DNA of 61,055 nucleotides from Saccostrea cucullata. Taxonomy: Eukaryota. The position numbers and the translations under genes are program-made. Within the stretch, counting starts at the first letter, position 1, and every line of letters starts with the position of its first letter. The notes under the pieces were generated by a model. The model worked only from the letters and a program-made list of their open reading frames with translations, did not search any database and had not been told where the DNA came from. Location: positions 1 through 61,055 of the forward strand of contig NW_026934374.1 of assembly GCF_032062105.1 (NCBI RefSeq). Direction: 5' to 3'. Shown here piece by piece: positions 52,724 to 61,055 of this stretch.

Positions 52724-55700
52724 GCTCCTGAGTATTAAATAAACTTATTACGCAGTACAGTTAAGGCAACACATGAAAAAATATGGTAATGAGGTCATAA
52801 TGAGGTCTGACGTCATGACAGTTGCCCCATCCTGATTGATCCATATAAGGAAATGGTGCTCAAAATAACTATTTACTGATATTTGCAAGACTATGTAATA
52901 AACAGCAATATTTTCATGATTAAATTGAAAATAATTAGTGATTTTCTCATATATTAAATAGCATGTCTTTAAAATAATTCTCTTTTTACTGTGTCGTTTG
53001 TCTGCATTCGGCTTCAGCCAATCGCTTGCACTCGGTGATACGGAATGTTGTTTACATCTAAAAAGCGTGGCGACATCAGCTGAGATTTGCAGTGGATTTA
53101 AATGCAATAACCACACAATCTTTAAAGAAAATTTGGATAAGATAAGAGACAAGGCGTTGCTTCTCCCTTTTATGAGAATATGAGGACATTACTTCAGAAA
53201 ATGTCAGAAAACAGAGACGATTTGCACCAGCTCCGTAGATCCATCACTGTAATATTCCAGGCCAGGTATGTATGAGCATATGTAGGTACATGTATAGATC
53301 TACAATATGTATTCATGCTTTTATCAACATCAAAGAAAAACCCCGAGTGTGTGTGTGTCCATTTAGATGTATTATTTATAACAGTCAGTGAAAAATTGCA
53401 ATGCATTGCCTTGTGTGTACCCCCCCCCCTACTAAGTTGCACACTTTATGACTTTTTAGAATTATTAAAATTAAACTGCACTAAATATGTACTCAGTTCT
53501 TGTCAATCAACTCATTTTCTTTGAGACAATATGTGTAGTAATGGAGGTCATCAATAACACAAATTTAAACTAAATTAAATGAAATGTTTTCATTGTTTCA
53601 GTCAATGATCCACTAGTGACTAGGCCTAAACAAGCAATGATCATGTCTTTTGACATACTAACATGCTACACAATTCAAAAAAAATTTATCAGTGTCATTA
53701 TGTTGAAAACATAGAACCTCAACTGGTTGTAATTTTCTAGAATTTTTAAATTAATGAAAAAAAAATATTCATTTTTTTTTTGTTTAGATAACATGTACAT
53801 TAAAAATATTTGTATAATACTTTTATCATTGTAGCTGTCCAGAGTTTCAGGCTTAAAGAACATGGAGAATGAATAAATAAAAAATGTATCATTTCTCCAC
53901 AGGGTATGTATACTTCTAATTAAAATTTCACATATTTAGAGTATGCATGTGCTTTTTTTTCATCTTGGTAATGGTGAAACTAAGATTTTGTTTAGAAAAT
54001 ATTCTATCAATAACTGTAGTAAATGTCAGAGGTTTCACTTTCCCAGAGAAGTTTTGCAACACAATGTTTTTGCCATTTATATGAATAACAAATTCACTAC
54101 AGTATACAATGTAGCATAATTTGCATTGTCAAATGTAATGCCATTTAATTCGACAATGTATATTTAGTAATCTCATAGCATATAAATGCATACTTTATAT
54201 ATTGTGTTGTAGGCCTAGCTATTCCCAAATGTTGGACTAATGGATTCATTCAGGCAGCAAGTTAATCCATCATTTAAGGAAACTGGTATGCTCAATATTA
54301 GCTATAAACCATACAATATTCCTGGCAAGATTATTGAATTGTTTTGATAATAATTAAAAACTAACAGAAGAATTGAAAACATGTATATGCATTCTCTGTT
54401 AAATTTTTAATGCATTTTTTTATTTCACTTTTTTAAAAACAAACTACTTTCAATAATGGTATTTCCTGATTTTTCTCATATTTTCAGAATTCATTTTATC
54501 CACAAGAACATGAGGTGATGGAAATAATTTACACCTCCCCTTCATTCCTAGTCTGTCATTGGATTTGTAAAGAAATGTTTATTAAATAAATTTTCTAGAA
54601 ATAATAATTTGACTTTTTCATATATTTACTATACAGGTGTTGAAAGGCTATTAAGATTTGAAAATCTTACATATTGCATACATATTTTGTGTGGAGGGTA
54701 CTGATGTCCATCAAGATCTTATTTCCAACATGTACATTGTGTTCATTTATTTTTCAATAATATTACCAAAAACAGGAGACAAAAGACCCCCCTAATTGAT
54801 TCAAAATAGGATAGGGGACCACCTTTTGATTCTGAGGGAAGGGGGGGGTGGCAAGTTTTTCCAAGTCAGATTTTTTTCATTTTCATGTCAATGAAGGACA
54901 GATTAATATTTCCGATCAACAAGATGAAGGACAGATTAATTATTTATTTTTCTCATTGAAAAGTCTAACAAGATAAAAAAAAAAAATTAAAAACTCTGAT
55001 ACCTGAAAGGGCGAGATCACTGATCTTCAAGTATTTATTTCTAAAATCTGCCAACCCCTCCCCCTCATGATCTCGTATGCAGAAAGAAAAGAAAAATTAT
55101 TAACACAAGTGTGTGTACCATAGGCGTCGGAAGCAAAATGAAAGGGGAGCTATTTGAGAGGGGGAGGTAAAACCAACAGAGAAAGGTAAATTCCAGTGCC
55201 TACATTATGTAATCTATATAATTTGCAAATAAGTAGCTATAGGTAGGCTAAGCCCCCCCCCCCCCCCCCCCGGTTCCGACGCCTATGCGTACATTAGTGA
55301 GAGAGGGGTATATATACGTATTTAATTAATTTCTTATTAATGGAGGAAGCTATATTTTAATTAACCATTTGTTTTCTACACGAATATAGCAGCAATAATT
55401 AGACCTATGTGTGTGTAATACTATAATTCTTTGAGGAAATGCGGGAGGTTTGAAAGACGTCTTTTACCATACTGTAAATGTGTACAATGTATCGAGAACG
55501 AATACACAAAATAGAAAGAAATGTCAAAAATTTTATGCATACCGTTTTGATTTAGTTAAAAAAAGAGTCCAGCCCTGTCCGCATGTATATTTATTAAAAT
55601 TTACGAGGTAAACAAACTATAGCAAGTACTCAAGAGTTATCTCCCATGCTGGGTCAATGATGCGTTTGAAAACTATAATTAGATTGACTCTTTCAAGATT

Positions 55701-58700
55701 TCAATTCTTAATCAAAAAGTGCAAGGGCAAGGCGACAATTTAAAAAGTAGGTTTTTATTTTAAATTATTTATATTATTGTGTAGTTTTCAAAAAGTGATG
55801 CTCATTTCTTTGTAATCTTTTTGTTAATTTATAATTCACGATGAAATTAGGAAAATATCCAATTTTTCATACAATCTTGTCTGTTTAAGCTGAATAACTT
55901 AATTATATCGGAAAACTAACTGAATGAGCATCACTTTTGAGAAAGTATAGATACATAGGGACAACATAAAACATTTTGCAGTTAATTTTTTGCTTGCCTT
56001 GCCCTTGCACTTTTTGGTTAATTTTGACATGTCATTTTTTGACCTAAAATTGGAACCCACGTGACCTCAGGGGGTCACATGATGTCAAAAAATACCGATG
56101 TGAAAAGCGATGGACATACTCTTCAAGATAACAAATAGCTATTTTAACTAGAGTGTCTTCAAAAAAAAATAAAACTGTTATGCATAAAATGATTCGGATT
56201 CCTTGAGTTTTTATAGAAAATGTTGCCTTAACTGTACTGCGTAAGTACATAGTTATGATGAGCAAGAGTGCCTCTACTAAAATTGTGAATTTTATGGCCC
56301 CAGGGTCAGGGGTTCTTGTGTTAGGGCGGGGCTCTATTGATTATATAGAGAAAATACATGAATTCTTTGAAAATCTTCTTCTTTGCTTCTGGGTATTTAA
56401 TAAAGTACATAGTTATGATGGGCAAGTTATGATGGGGCGGCGCTCTATTGATTATACAGTGAAAATATATGAATTCTTTGAAAATCGTCTTCTCTGCTCC
56501 TAGATTTTATATAAACTAACTAAGTACATAGTTATGATGAGCAAGAGTGCTTCTACCAAAATTGTGAATATCATGGCCCCAGGGTCAGAGGTTCTGGTGT
56601 TAGGGGGGGGGCTATATTGATTATACATGTATAGTGAAAAATAACATGAATTCTTTGAAAATCTTCTTCTTTGCTCCTGGGTATTAAATAAACTAACTAA
56701 GTACATAGTTATGATTAGCAAGAGTGCCTCTACCAAAATTATGAATTTTATGGCCCCAAGGTCAGGGGTTCTTGTGTTAAGGGCGGGGCTCTATTGATTA
56801 TATAGAGAAAATACATGAATTCTTTGAAAATCTTCTTTGCTCCTGGGAATTAAATAAACTAACCAAGTACATAGTTATGATGAGCAAGAGTGCCTCTACC
56901 AAAATTATGAATTTTTTGGCCCCAGGGTCAGGGGTTCTGGTGTTAGGGCGGGGCTCTATTGATTATATAGTGAAAAAACATGAATTCTTTGATAATCTTC
57001 TTCTCTGCTCCTAGATTTTATATAAACTAACTAAGTACATAGTTATGATGAGCAAGAGTGCCTCTACCAAAATTGTGAATATTATGGCCCCAGGGTCAGG
57101 GGTTCTTGTGTTGATTATACATGTACAGTGAAAAAAACATCAAATCTTTGAATATTTTCTTCTTTGTACTTAGGTTTTAAGTAGATGAACTACCTACATA
57201 GTTATGAGCAAGGGCCCTAATCTTCAAGAATTGTAAATTTCAAGGCCCCACGGTCACTTGTACATAGGGGGGGGGGGGGGCTGTACTTATATATTGAAAA
57301 TGAATGAATTGTTTGAAATGTGCTCCTTTGTATTAATCAAATATTTTTGAAAAGCATGAATGCCTTTCCAAAAATTGTACAATGTGTGGATCTAGGCCTA
57401 AGAGTCCAGGGTTCATGTGTGGTAGTGGTACTACTCATTATTGCTGAATATTACTGATTTGTTGAAATGCATTTTTTGTTCCCCTACCCTGCCTATGGGT
57501 ATTAAGTAACCAAACTAAGGACCTGCTATAGCATCTGGCTTAAAACATGGATCAAATTCAATCACTTGAAAGTTGTTGAATAATGCTCAGGTGACCTATA
57601 AGGCCCATGGGCCTCTTGTCTTTATGGACTTTTGGTCTTGAATGAACATATGAAGATAAAGAAAATCATTCAAGCTTGCTTGTTAGATTACCATATGATT
57701 GTCTTTTTCAATTAAAATATCAAAGCATGAAACAGTTGTGTCAGACTCTTGAATATAATGTTCCTTATGTCCACATTTTTCATTCAATAGATTGCATGAA
57801 TGATGATTAATAACTGAACATTTTTATTAATTGGGGTAAAACATTGCTTACAATATTTAGCTTAAGTGAACCCTTTGATACTTTGATGCATTATGGAATT
57901 TTTTTTTTACCCTTAAGAAAAATGCTAAAATTTAGCGTAGTAAATTTTAGTGTTTTCTCATTAGGTATCAAATGCTTTTTAAAAAATATTTATGCACATT
58001 AGCAATAGAAAATACTGAGTTAAGTCATTTTTATAACATTTGAAGAGTGTACTAACGGATCTTATGGCAAAAACTGCAGCACACAGTGTGAAAATTGTCT
58101 TGGAGATTTTTGTGACAAGGAAAATGGAACCTGTTTGACTGGTTGCAAAACAAACTGGCATGGACCCTTATGTCAAGGTAAAATATTGAAAAGCATGTCT
58201 TTATGCATTATTCGAAGATATAAAAGATATTGTTTCTACCCTTGAATGAAATTTGATTATTCTTCTTCACTGATAATCATATTCGACTAGATTAAAAAAA
58301 TAACTCTGCAGGATTATTACTTATTGAGCGAAAATTGACATTTCATCGCCAACTGTAGTCTGTATTGTTTCCCTTAAAATAATAAGAGAAAGTATTATTC
58401 CATATATAAAATGATTGAAGCTGACCAAAATGCAAACTTAATAAAAAACTCAAAAAACATTAACAAGTGCAAAAATAGGTTCAGTTTCAGCTCAGTTAAG
58501 GAAAAAAATAAGGGAAAATAATCGGAAATATAATTTAATCAAAACATTGAAATGACATCATTTTATTTTAAAAAATACAAAGTAGCTCGACAGGGAAACT
58601 TCATCTGTACTTATAATAGTCATTTCCAGAGTTCGCGATCTTGAGCTCGCACTCGTACATGGATATATAAGGATCTCTAGGGATGCGTGTCTAGACATAA

Positions 58701-61055
58701 TTTTCGTGTTGCATAAATATTCATATTAACATTCACAATTTCTTAATATATTAGATTCTAATATAGTGATTTATTTGCCATGTATGCATAACCTGTACTT
58801 ACAATAATAAAAGAGAACACCAAAATTAAATTTAAAAATAAATAAGGTTATATCATTTTTATTTTAACATTTCTTTAAATACCTGTTATTTAATTTAGAC
58901 AACGAACTCTCAACTTGTTTCCTTTTCATCATCCAAATACAACAACCAGTCCGTTATAAGCAGTCTCGCCTGAGAGAAGGGGGTGTAAGCAAAACATATT
59001 CAGTGGCGGGGGTGTACTAAAAATCCCTGACAATCAGGGTTTATTATTAAGTTTATTATTAAGGTGACACAAAGATATAGTTGCCATGTTTTTTGTAGTT
59101 TTCTGTATTTCGATATTGGTGGAGATGACATCTCTATGTACAATTCTCACATCCTCTCCCTTCCAGACACGGAATATCGTTATAAAAGTTGAAAAGGGGT
59201 GGTGGTAATTCAAGTCATGACTTAAGCATTTTGACAAGTAAACAAATATATTTTTGTAAGTGGATTATATGGTTTTCTTATTCATATTACTGATATAAAC
59301 ATAGAAATCTAAGGTTTTTGTGCATTAGAAAAACTTCAGATTGTTGCAAGTGACCTTCAGAAAAAAATTCACCATTTTAATAATAAAGGTGGAGTTTGCA
59401 TTGTAGCTAGGGCAGAGATAAACAGACGTCTGCAAAGACCATGGAAAAAATTTAACAGAAAAATGAATAAAGAGTTAATGTTGAACACGTTCTTTGTGCA
59501 TTTAATCTGAACCGCGCTGTAGGTACCCTGTGGAGACATCCAAGATATGCGTAAACTACGAGTCAAATTTTTCGGTGCCGTGTCATATGGAAGAAAAATC
59601 TCTATAATGCATAATTTAAACCTTATGTACTTTAATAGATTTCAAAGTATCTTACTCTCTTATTTAATGAGGGTAGGACATTTAAAATTTTTACACTATA
59701 GATGTACTAGAATTAGGCAAATAATACGTCTCAGACTTTTTAACCTTTCAAACAATCCCTCTTTGTTGTCAGCTGGCAGAGTACGAGCCGTGTTCGAACT
59801 TGCTTTACAAGAAATGTCTAATAAGACAATCTCAACTCGTCTGTGTCTATGAGCTGTCTCTCACAGTATCCTCTTTCCAATAAATATTTATGCATGTATT
59901 TTTTTTAATTGATTATTTCGCACTCATTTATATTATCATCAGCTTATTTTACCTCACATTACTTGTGTAACGTATTAACAATTAAAAGAAATAACAGCGT
60001 ACAGTCATGTTCATGTTTATTCCATGAATAAAAAATAGCTAAGATATACAAATTAAATTATATGGTATTTGAAATCAAGGGAAAACCTAATAATAGAATA
60101 TAAGGCATAATTCTCCAATAAATTCTCTAAAAATAGAAACAAATAAAAAACATCAACCAAGCTTTTCGTTATTTTAAGCTAGAGGTTGTTTCTTGTTTGG
60201 CATCTGCTTTCTTTTTAATATGTTGACTAGAATGGAATGGTTTGTTTTATTCTCTCGTTATAGTATCAGCTTCAAAACAAGAGGAGGAGGAAAATGATAC
60301 AGCCATTATTGGAGGGACTGTCCCGGCAGTCTTAATTGCAGTTTTCGTTGGAGTTATCATATTAATAATATACAGGTCAATATTACAGTTCCATTTGCAA
60401 ATAATACTCTATTTTCTAATTTCTCCAATCAATACCAGATTTAGAGAAGAGAAGTGCTGTCTTCAATATTTCTCTGTTACATTGTTGAAATTATGAAGTC
60501 CAAGTTTAATTATAGGGCAATATTCAGATCTTATTCAGAATATTATTTTAATCTGTGATATATATGTCTTGAGCGTATTTTTTTTAATTGCTCAATTTAT
60601 ATTCATCGTCCAAATATTCAGTAATGTTACACATCCATGTAAATTGGTAGAATCTGATTCGTCAAGAAATATTTGTTAAATAAACACTTTTACCCGCTGA
60701 GTAATGAAGCCACGGCTTCCATCGTAGGAACAGTTAACATTGTTTGACGAATGATATTCCAAAAATATTGACTGTTCAGAATTTATGCTTGAAAGGTTCA
60801 TTGTAAAATACATAAGTATAAAACAAACAATGAAATATATTCAGTATATGATAAATATTAAGTGTAGTTGAGTGTTGCATTGAAAATGTCCACCCCAAGA
60901 AAACCATTGTCAACCAAGGCTGCTGACAATTGTTTTCTTGGAGTGAAAATATTCAGTGTTTCACTAACTACATGCAATGTTCATATAATTTTCCGGTTTT
61001 ATAGACGGCATAGAAACAACGGTGGTAAAGAGGGCCTCATGGAAAACGATAGATA
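14672..61055 (+). CDS. Gene B: F-type-lectin-like domain plus multiple-EGF type-I membrane receptor (3'-partial, spliced)
   Basis: Exons 14672-14735, 24930-25166, 34338-34595, 34790-34927, 38644-38781, 40857-40988, 41169-41300, 41477-41608, 41756-41887, 44508-44639, 47005-47136, 48428-48559, 49066-49197, 50337-50468, 58046-58177, 60264-60375, 61005-end join without stops. Confidence 0.85.
15081..15091 (+). promoter_or_regulatory. YY1-type motif at the LINE 5' end (internal promoter)
   Basis: CCAAAATGGCG a few bases inside the 5' end, analogous to the YY1 site in the mammalian L1 5'UTR. Confidence 0.5.
15314..16195 (+). CDS. LINE ORF1 (coiled coil plus L1-type RRM-like nucleic-acid-binding protein)
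   Basis: 293 aa; long heptad region followed by EQYSRKYNVKFHGLPE and HRIP...PIIVKF motifs. Confidence 0.92.
   Translation: MSTSQAGVLTRNMSTGGEKSNKSSSKQSPVLKTPTKGGEGEWTQIQIQLKEIKSDLNKTLKADDVKELIKNVVQEMLQKHQDKIEKKFNDKIEGLKQENRQLKDSIEKLEADKRAIKRELDESNEALNDLHNRFEENENMAKAAFAKANQNEQYSRKYNVKFHGLPETEGENPLEIVNNTLADVGVEIQGSDVVAIHRIPGKPDEHKPIIVKFLNIDSKIRVMRKRSNIKDLKKGWKVTDDVRKANVDLIIELTKDPRIKSAWYFNGSVYGQYGTKRVKFDIFDNIERKLKNK
16521..20441 (+). CDS. LINE ORF2 (APE endonuclease, reverse transcriptase, CCHC); one premature stop at codon 47
   Basis: True start ATG 16521 (MSFSVLSFNCRG...LQDTH); TAA 16659-16661; then open 16662-20441 with GDFN, RLDYFL, SDHS, PGSDG, WRPISLLN, DFEKAFD, RQGDPVSP, QYADD, CxxC..HLFFEC. 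Confidence 0.95.
21013..21480. mobile_element. MITE with 5-bp TSD
   Basis: CAGGCGCAGATTCAG...CTGGATCCGCCACTA imperfect TIRs with subterminal G/C runs; CACTG on both flanks (21008-21012 / 21481-21485). Confidence 0.65.
23351..23493. repeat. Long near-perfect palindrome (hairpin element)
   Basis: ~65-bp arms (gttgcattatgcatgtactatgcctaaata.. / ..tatttaggcatagtacatgcataatgcaac) around loop gagccggaggcga. Confidence 0.85.
23993..24064 (+). other. tRNA-like relic (pseudo-tRNA or orphan SINE head)
   Basis: A box TGGCGTAATCG and B box GAGTTCGATCC at tRNA spacing; acceptor and anticodon stems pair poorly. Confidence 0.5.
24930..25166 (+). CDS. Gene B exon 2: N-half of F-type-lectin-like domain
   Basis: 237 nt, phase 1-1; NLAHTP...ASRAVDGD...TCAIA...VWWKVWLNRTFNIAYLEVFLRSD fits the NLA / AVDG / WWxVxL / RxD pattern. 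Confidence 0.85.
25340..25850 (+). mobile_element. Degenerate Penelope-like RT fragment with 3' tail
   Basis: ...NIPSSPANDVYMS*FIRYARECS... similar to 1-240 and 51905-52280. Confidence 0.55.
27185..28900 (-). mobile_element. 5'-truncated, decayed L1/Tx1-group LINE
   Basis: Minus-strand pieces LFNFLWDKSERIKRNTL, KLPHFYKQILSSF and zinc knuckle CTLCKTTETTKHLLFEC; T-rich end at ~27185-27200. Confidence 0.8.
28920..30055 (+). mobile_element. HINE/pearl-like non-autonomous Helentron with ~145-bp tandem repeats
   Basis: TTTTATGCCCC start, (GTCT/GTTT)n microsatellite, then ~7 units with TGACCTTTGACC cores; marker TTGGCCATAA-like at ~29183, 29326, 29470, 29602, 29749, 29895, 30041. Confidence 0.75.
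30060..30455. mobile_element. Right-end fragment of the CGC..TTAAGG TIR family
   Basis: 30194-30455 aligns with ~51640-51902 and ends CCTTAATAGTGCTGCG. Confidence 0.7.
31427..33818. mobile_element. Mariner-like non-autonomous element hosting a HINE
   Basis: TA|CGAGGGTCATT ... AATGACCCTTCG|TA ends; only a short TIR match remains. Confidence 0.45.
32431..33793 (+). mobile_element. HINE-like element with ~165-bp tandem repeats
   Basis: Same head (ctgttttcgtccgtcgtcg), repeat units and GACCTATAAGG tail as 52281-57619. Confidence 0.8.
34338..34595 (+). CDS. Gene B exon 3: C-half of F-type-lectin-like domain
   Basis: 258 nt, phase 1-1; TTNRATGFSIY...CP...FFNERP...SVEICEVRVMG (LCEVxVxG-type end motif). 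Confidence 0.87.
34790..34927 (+). CDS. Gene B EGF exon (138 nt)
   Basis: GCDQIRYHFGCTKKCSAECKNRHCDAFNGSCIYGCSDPGAVSLDCI. Confidence 0.87.
35482..35830 (+). mobile_element. tRNA-derived SINE, copy 2 (full length)
   Basis: A box TAGCTCAGTCGG, B box GAGTTCGTATC, (ATCA)n tail, TSD TCATATGTTGAGCA (35468-35481 / 35831-35844). Central GGCACGATAAAGATCCC resembles the Meta-SINE domain (recall, unverified). Confidence 0.92.
38644..38781 (+). CDS. Gene B EGF exon (138 nt)
   Basis: MCEDGTYASNDLCEQCGHCKGDTACDKGTGRCPSGCKENWTGDHCK. Confidence 0.88.
39641..39792. other. Assembly gap
   Basis: 152 N. Confidence 1.
40130..40335. mobile_element. Tc1/mariner-type MITE
   Basis: TA|CTGTAAAAGCACAAATATTCGTGGG ... 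CCCACGAAAATTTGTGCTTCTACAG|TA; internal ACGAAATT subrepeats. Confidence 0.85.
40857..40988 (+). CDS. Gene B EGF cassette exon (132 nt)
   Basis: ECVDGYYGEDCSTQCGNCQSGHCDKTIGHCPSGCKLNWEEPLCQ. Confidence 0.9.
41169..41300 (+). CDS. Gene B EGF cassette exon (132 nt)
   Basis: ECVDGYYDQNCSTQCGNCREGLCDKKNGSCLSGCKLNWKEPLCQ. Confidence 0.9.
41477..41608 (+). CDS. Gene B EGF cassette exon (132 nt)
   Basis: DCVDGYYDKNCSTRCGNCQSGHCDKTTGNCPSGCKLNWREPFCQ. Confidence 0.88.
41756..41887 (+). CDS. Gene B EGF cassette exon (132 nt)
   Basis: ECVDGNYGRDCSSMCGNCREGFCDKKNGSCLSGCKGNWEEPLCQ. Confidence 0.9.
44508..44639 (+). CDS. Gene B EGF cassette exon (132 nt)
   Basis: ECADGYYDQNCRTHCGNCLKGFCDKINGSCQSGCKGNWNEPLCQ. 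Confidence 0.9.
44727..45709. mobile_element. CGC..TTAAGG TIR element (TSD CA)
   Basis: CA|CGCAGGTATGTTAAGG ... CCTTAATCAACCCGCG|CA; imperfect TIR. Confidence 0.55.
45929..46265 (+). mobile_element. tRNA-derived SINE, copy 3
   Basis: Colinear with 35482-35830. Confidence 0.9.
47005..47136 (+). CDS. Gene B EGF cassette exon (132 nt)
   Basis: ECVDGFYDEECGTMCGHCLTGVCDKTNGTCTSGCSLNWQDPLCQ. Confidence 0.9.
48428..48559 (+). CDS. Gene B EGF cassette exon (132 nt)
   Basis: ECIDGFYNQNCSNQCGNCQSEFCDKKNGSCINGCKTNWKEPLCQ. Confidence 0.9.
49066..49197 (+). CDS. Gene B EGF cassette exon (132 nt)
   Basis: ECSDGMYDQNCSTKCGHCLEGFCDKRNGNCLTGCKLNWKEPLCK. Confidence 0.9.
49285..49343 (+). pseudogene. Decayed 3' half of an EGF cassette exon (gene B)
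   Basis: gaagttgtttatctggttttaaactgaactggattaaacctttacgtcaag|gtagaa; two Cys codons lost; 5' half deleted. Confidence 0.75.
50337..50468 (+). CDS. Gene B EGF cassette exon (132 nt)
   Basis: ECVDGFYDGECNKHCGQCLRGVCDKTAGTCMSGCSPNWQEPLCQ. Confidence 0.9.
50948..51902. mobile_element. CGC..TTAAGG TIR element (TSD TT)
   Basis: TT|CGCAGTACAGTTAAGG ... CCTTAACTGTGCTGCG|TT; removing it restores ttc cct tac tta (FPYL) in the host RT relic. Confidence 0.8.
55119..55287. mobile_element. MITE (CATAGGCGTCGGAA TIR)
   Basis: 14-bp perfect TIR; flanks TGTAC / CGTAC (probable 5-bp TSD with 1 mismatch). Confidence 0.8.
55708..56021. mobile_element. TTAA-bounded inverted-repeat element
   Basis: TTAATCAAAAAGTGCAAGGGCAAGGC / GCCTTGCCCTTGCACTTTTTGGTTAA plus inner AAAAGTGATGCTCATT / AATGAGCATCACTTTT. 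Confidence 0.7.
58046..58177 (+). CDS. Gene B last EGF cassette exon (132 nt)
   Basis: ECTNGSYGKNCSTQCENCLGDFCDKENGTCLTGCKTNWHGPLCQ. Confidence 0.88.
60264..60375 (+). CDS. Gene B transmembrane exon
   Basis: VSASKQEEEENDTAIIGGTVPAVLIAVFVGVIILIIYR; phase 1 in, phase 2 out (AG|gtcaat). Confidence 0.83.
61005..61055 (+). CDS. Gene B first cytoplasmic exon (cut by window end)
   Basis: ttttatag| phase 2; RRHRNNGGKEGLMENDR completes the basic stop-transfer. Confidence 0.65.

Larger units (their letters stand above)
52751..56241. mobile_element. 3.5-kb CGC..TTAAGG TIR element (TSD TA)
   Basis: Perfect 21-bp TIR CGCAGTACAGTTAAGGCAACA; removing it restores a HINE repeat unit. Confidence 0.88.
52281..57619 (+). 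mobile_element. HINE-like non-autonomous Helentron with ~167-bp satellite-type array
   Basis: 5' palindrome AGGTCACCTGAG..CTCGGGTGACCT, (GTC/GTTC)n microsatellite, tandem units (marker AAGTACATAGTTATG near 56243, 56522, 56699, 56865, 57033), 3' CTCAGGTGACCTA plus AGGCCCATGGGCCT hairpin; T-rich insertion site. Confidence 0.88.
50500..57640 (+). mobile_element. Degenerate Penelope-like RT relic split by later insertions
   Basis: LEFLINNICVVFGDQVF..., FNSTYRYIEDVLSI (decayed YIDD), YISQLTRYARTC; tail cagcaggggatgctcactcct..cacctgatcccacctct; related tails at ~43350-43420 and ~48914-49000. Confidence 0.65.

Noticed and set aside
52998-53275. Possible transposase remnant inside the 3.5-kb TIR element
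   Set aside because: Short broken frames with no motif I can recognise.
56255-56736. ORFs in HINE repeats (also 32569-33116 and 29298-29546)
   Set aside because: Translations of satellite units.
693-61055. A single gene spanning all EGF exons, or a V(D)J-like rearranging locus
   Set aside because: A stop and poly(A) signal at ~11228-11330 and a new signal-peptide exon at 14672 separate two genes; I saw no recombination-signal-like motifs flanking the cassettes.
693-61055. Assigning symbols MEGF10, MEGF11 or SCARF1
   Set aside because: No EMI domain or NPxY visible; these look like lineage-expanded paralogs, and orthology cannot be shown from this window.

Overview
AT-rich eukaryotic DNA. 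The repeat landscape and gene type point to a bivalve mollusc, probably an oyster (inference). Most short ORFs in the track are spurious; the real coding content is spliced. The window holds two tandem + strand genes for type-I membrane receptors with a stalk of 8-Cys laminin/MEGF-type EGF repeats, nearly all encoded by symmetric 132-nt phase-1 exons. Gene A (5' end outside the window, stop at 11228) has 10 intact cassette exons, 3 decayed ones, a GC-AG intron, a 30-nt microexon and one terminal exon with a TM helix plus a short tail carrying three evenly spaced YxxL/I motifs (ITAM-like). Gene B (ATG 14672, running off the 3' end) has a signal peptide, an F-type-lectin-like (fucolectin-fold) domain, 12 EGF exons, a TM helix and a differently built spliced cytoplasmic region. 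Shared stalks with different tails suggest a paired-receptor locus with a modular, length-variable ectodomain (hypothesis). The introns are filled with nested mobile DNA: a full-length L1/Tx1-group LINE with a single nonsense codon inside one arm of an IS3EU-like foldback element, tRNA-derived SINEs, Helentron/HINE-like elements carrying ~145-167 bp tandem repeats, Penelope-like RT relics, MITEs, and an unclassified TIR family (CGC-N7-TTAAGG ends, variable 2-bp TSDs). There is an assembly gap at 39641-39792.
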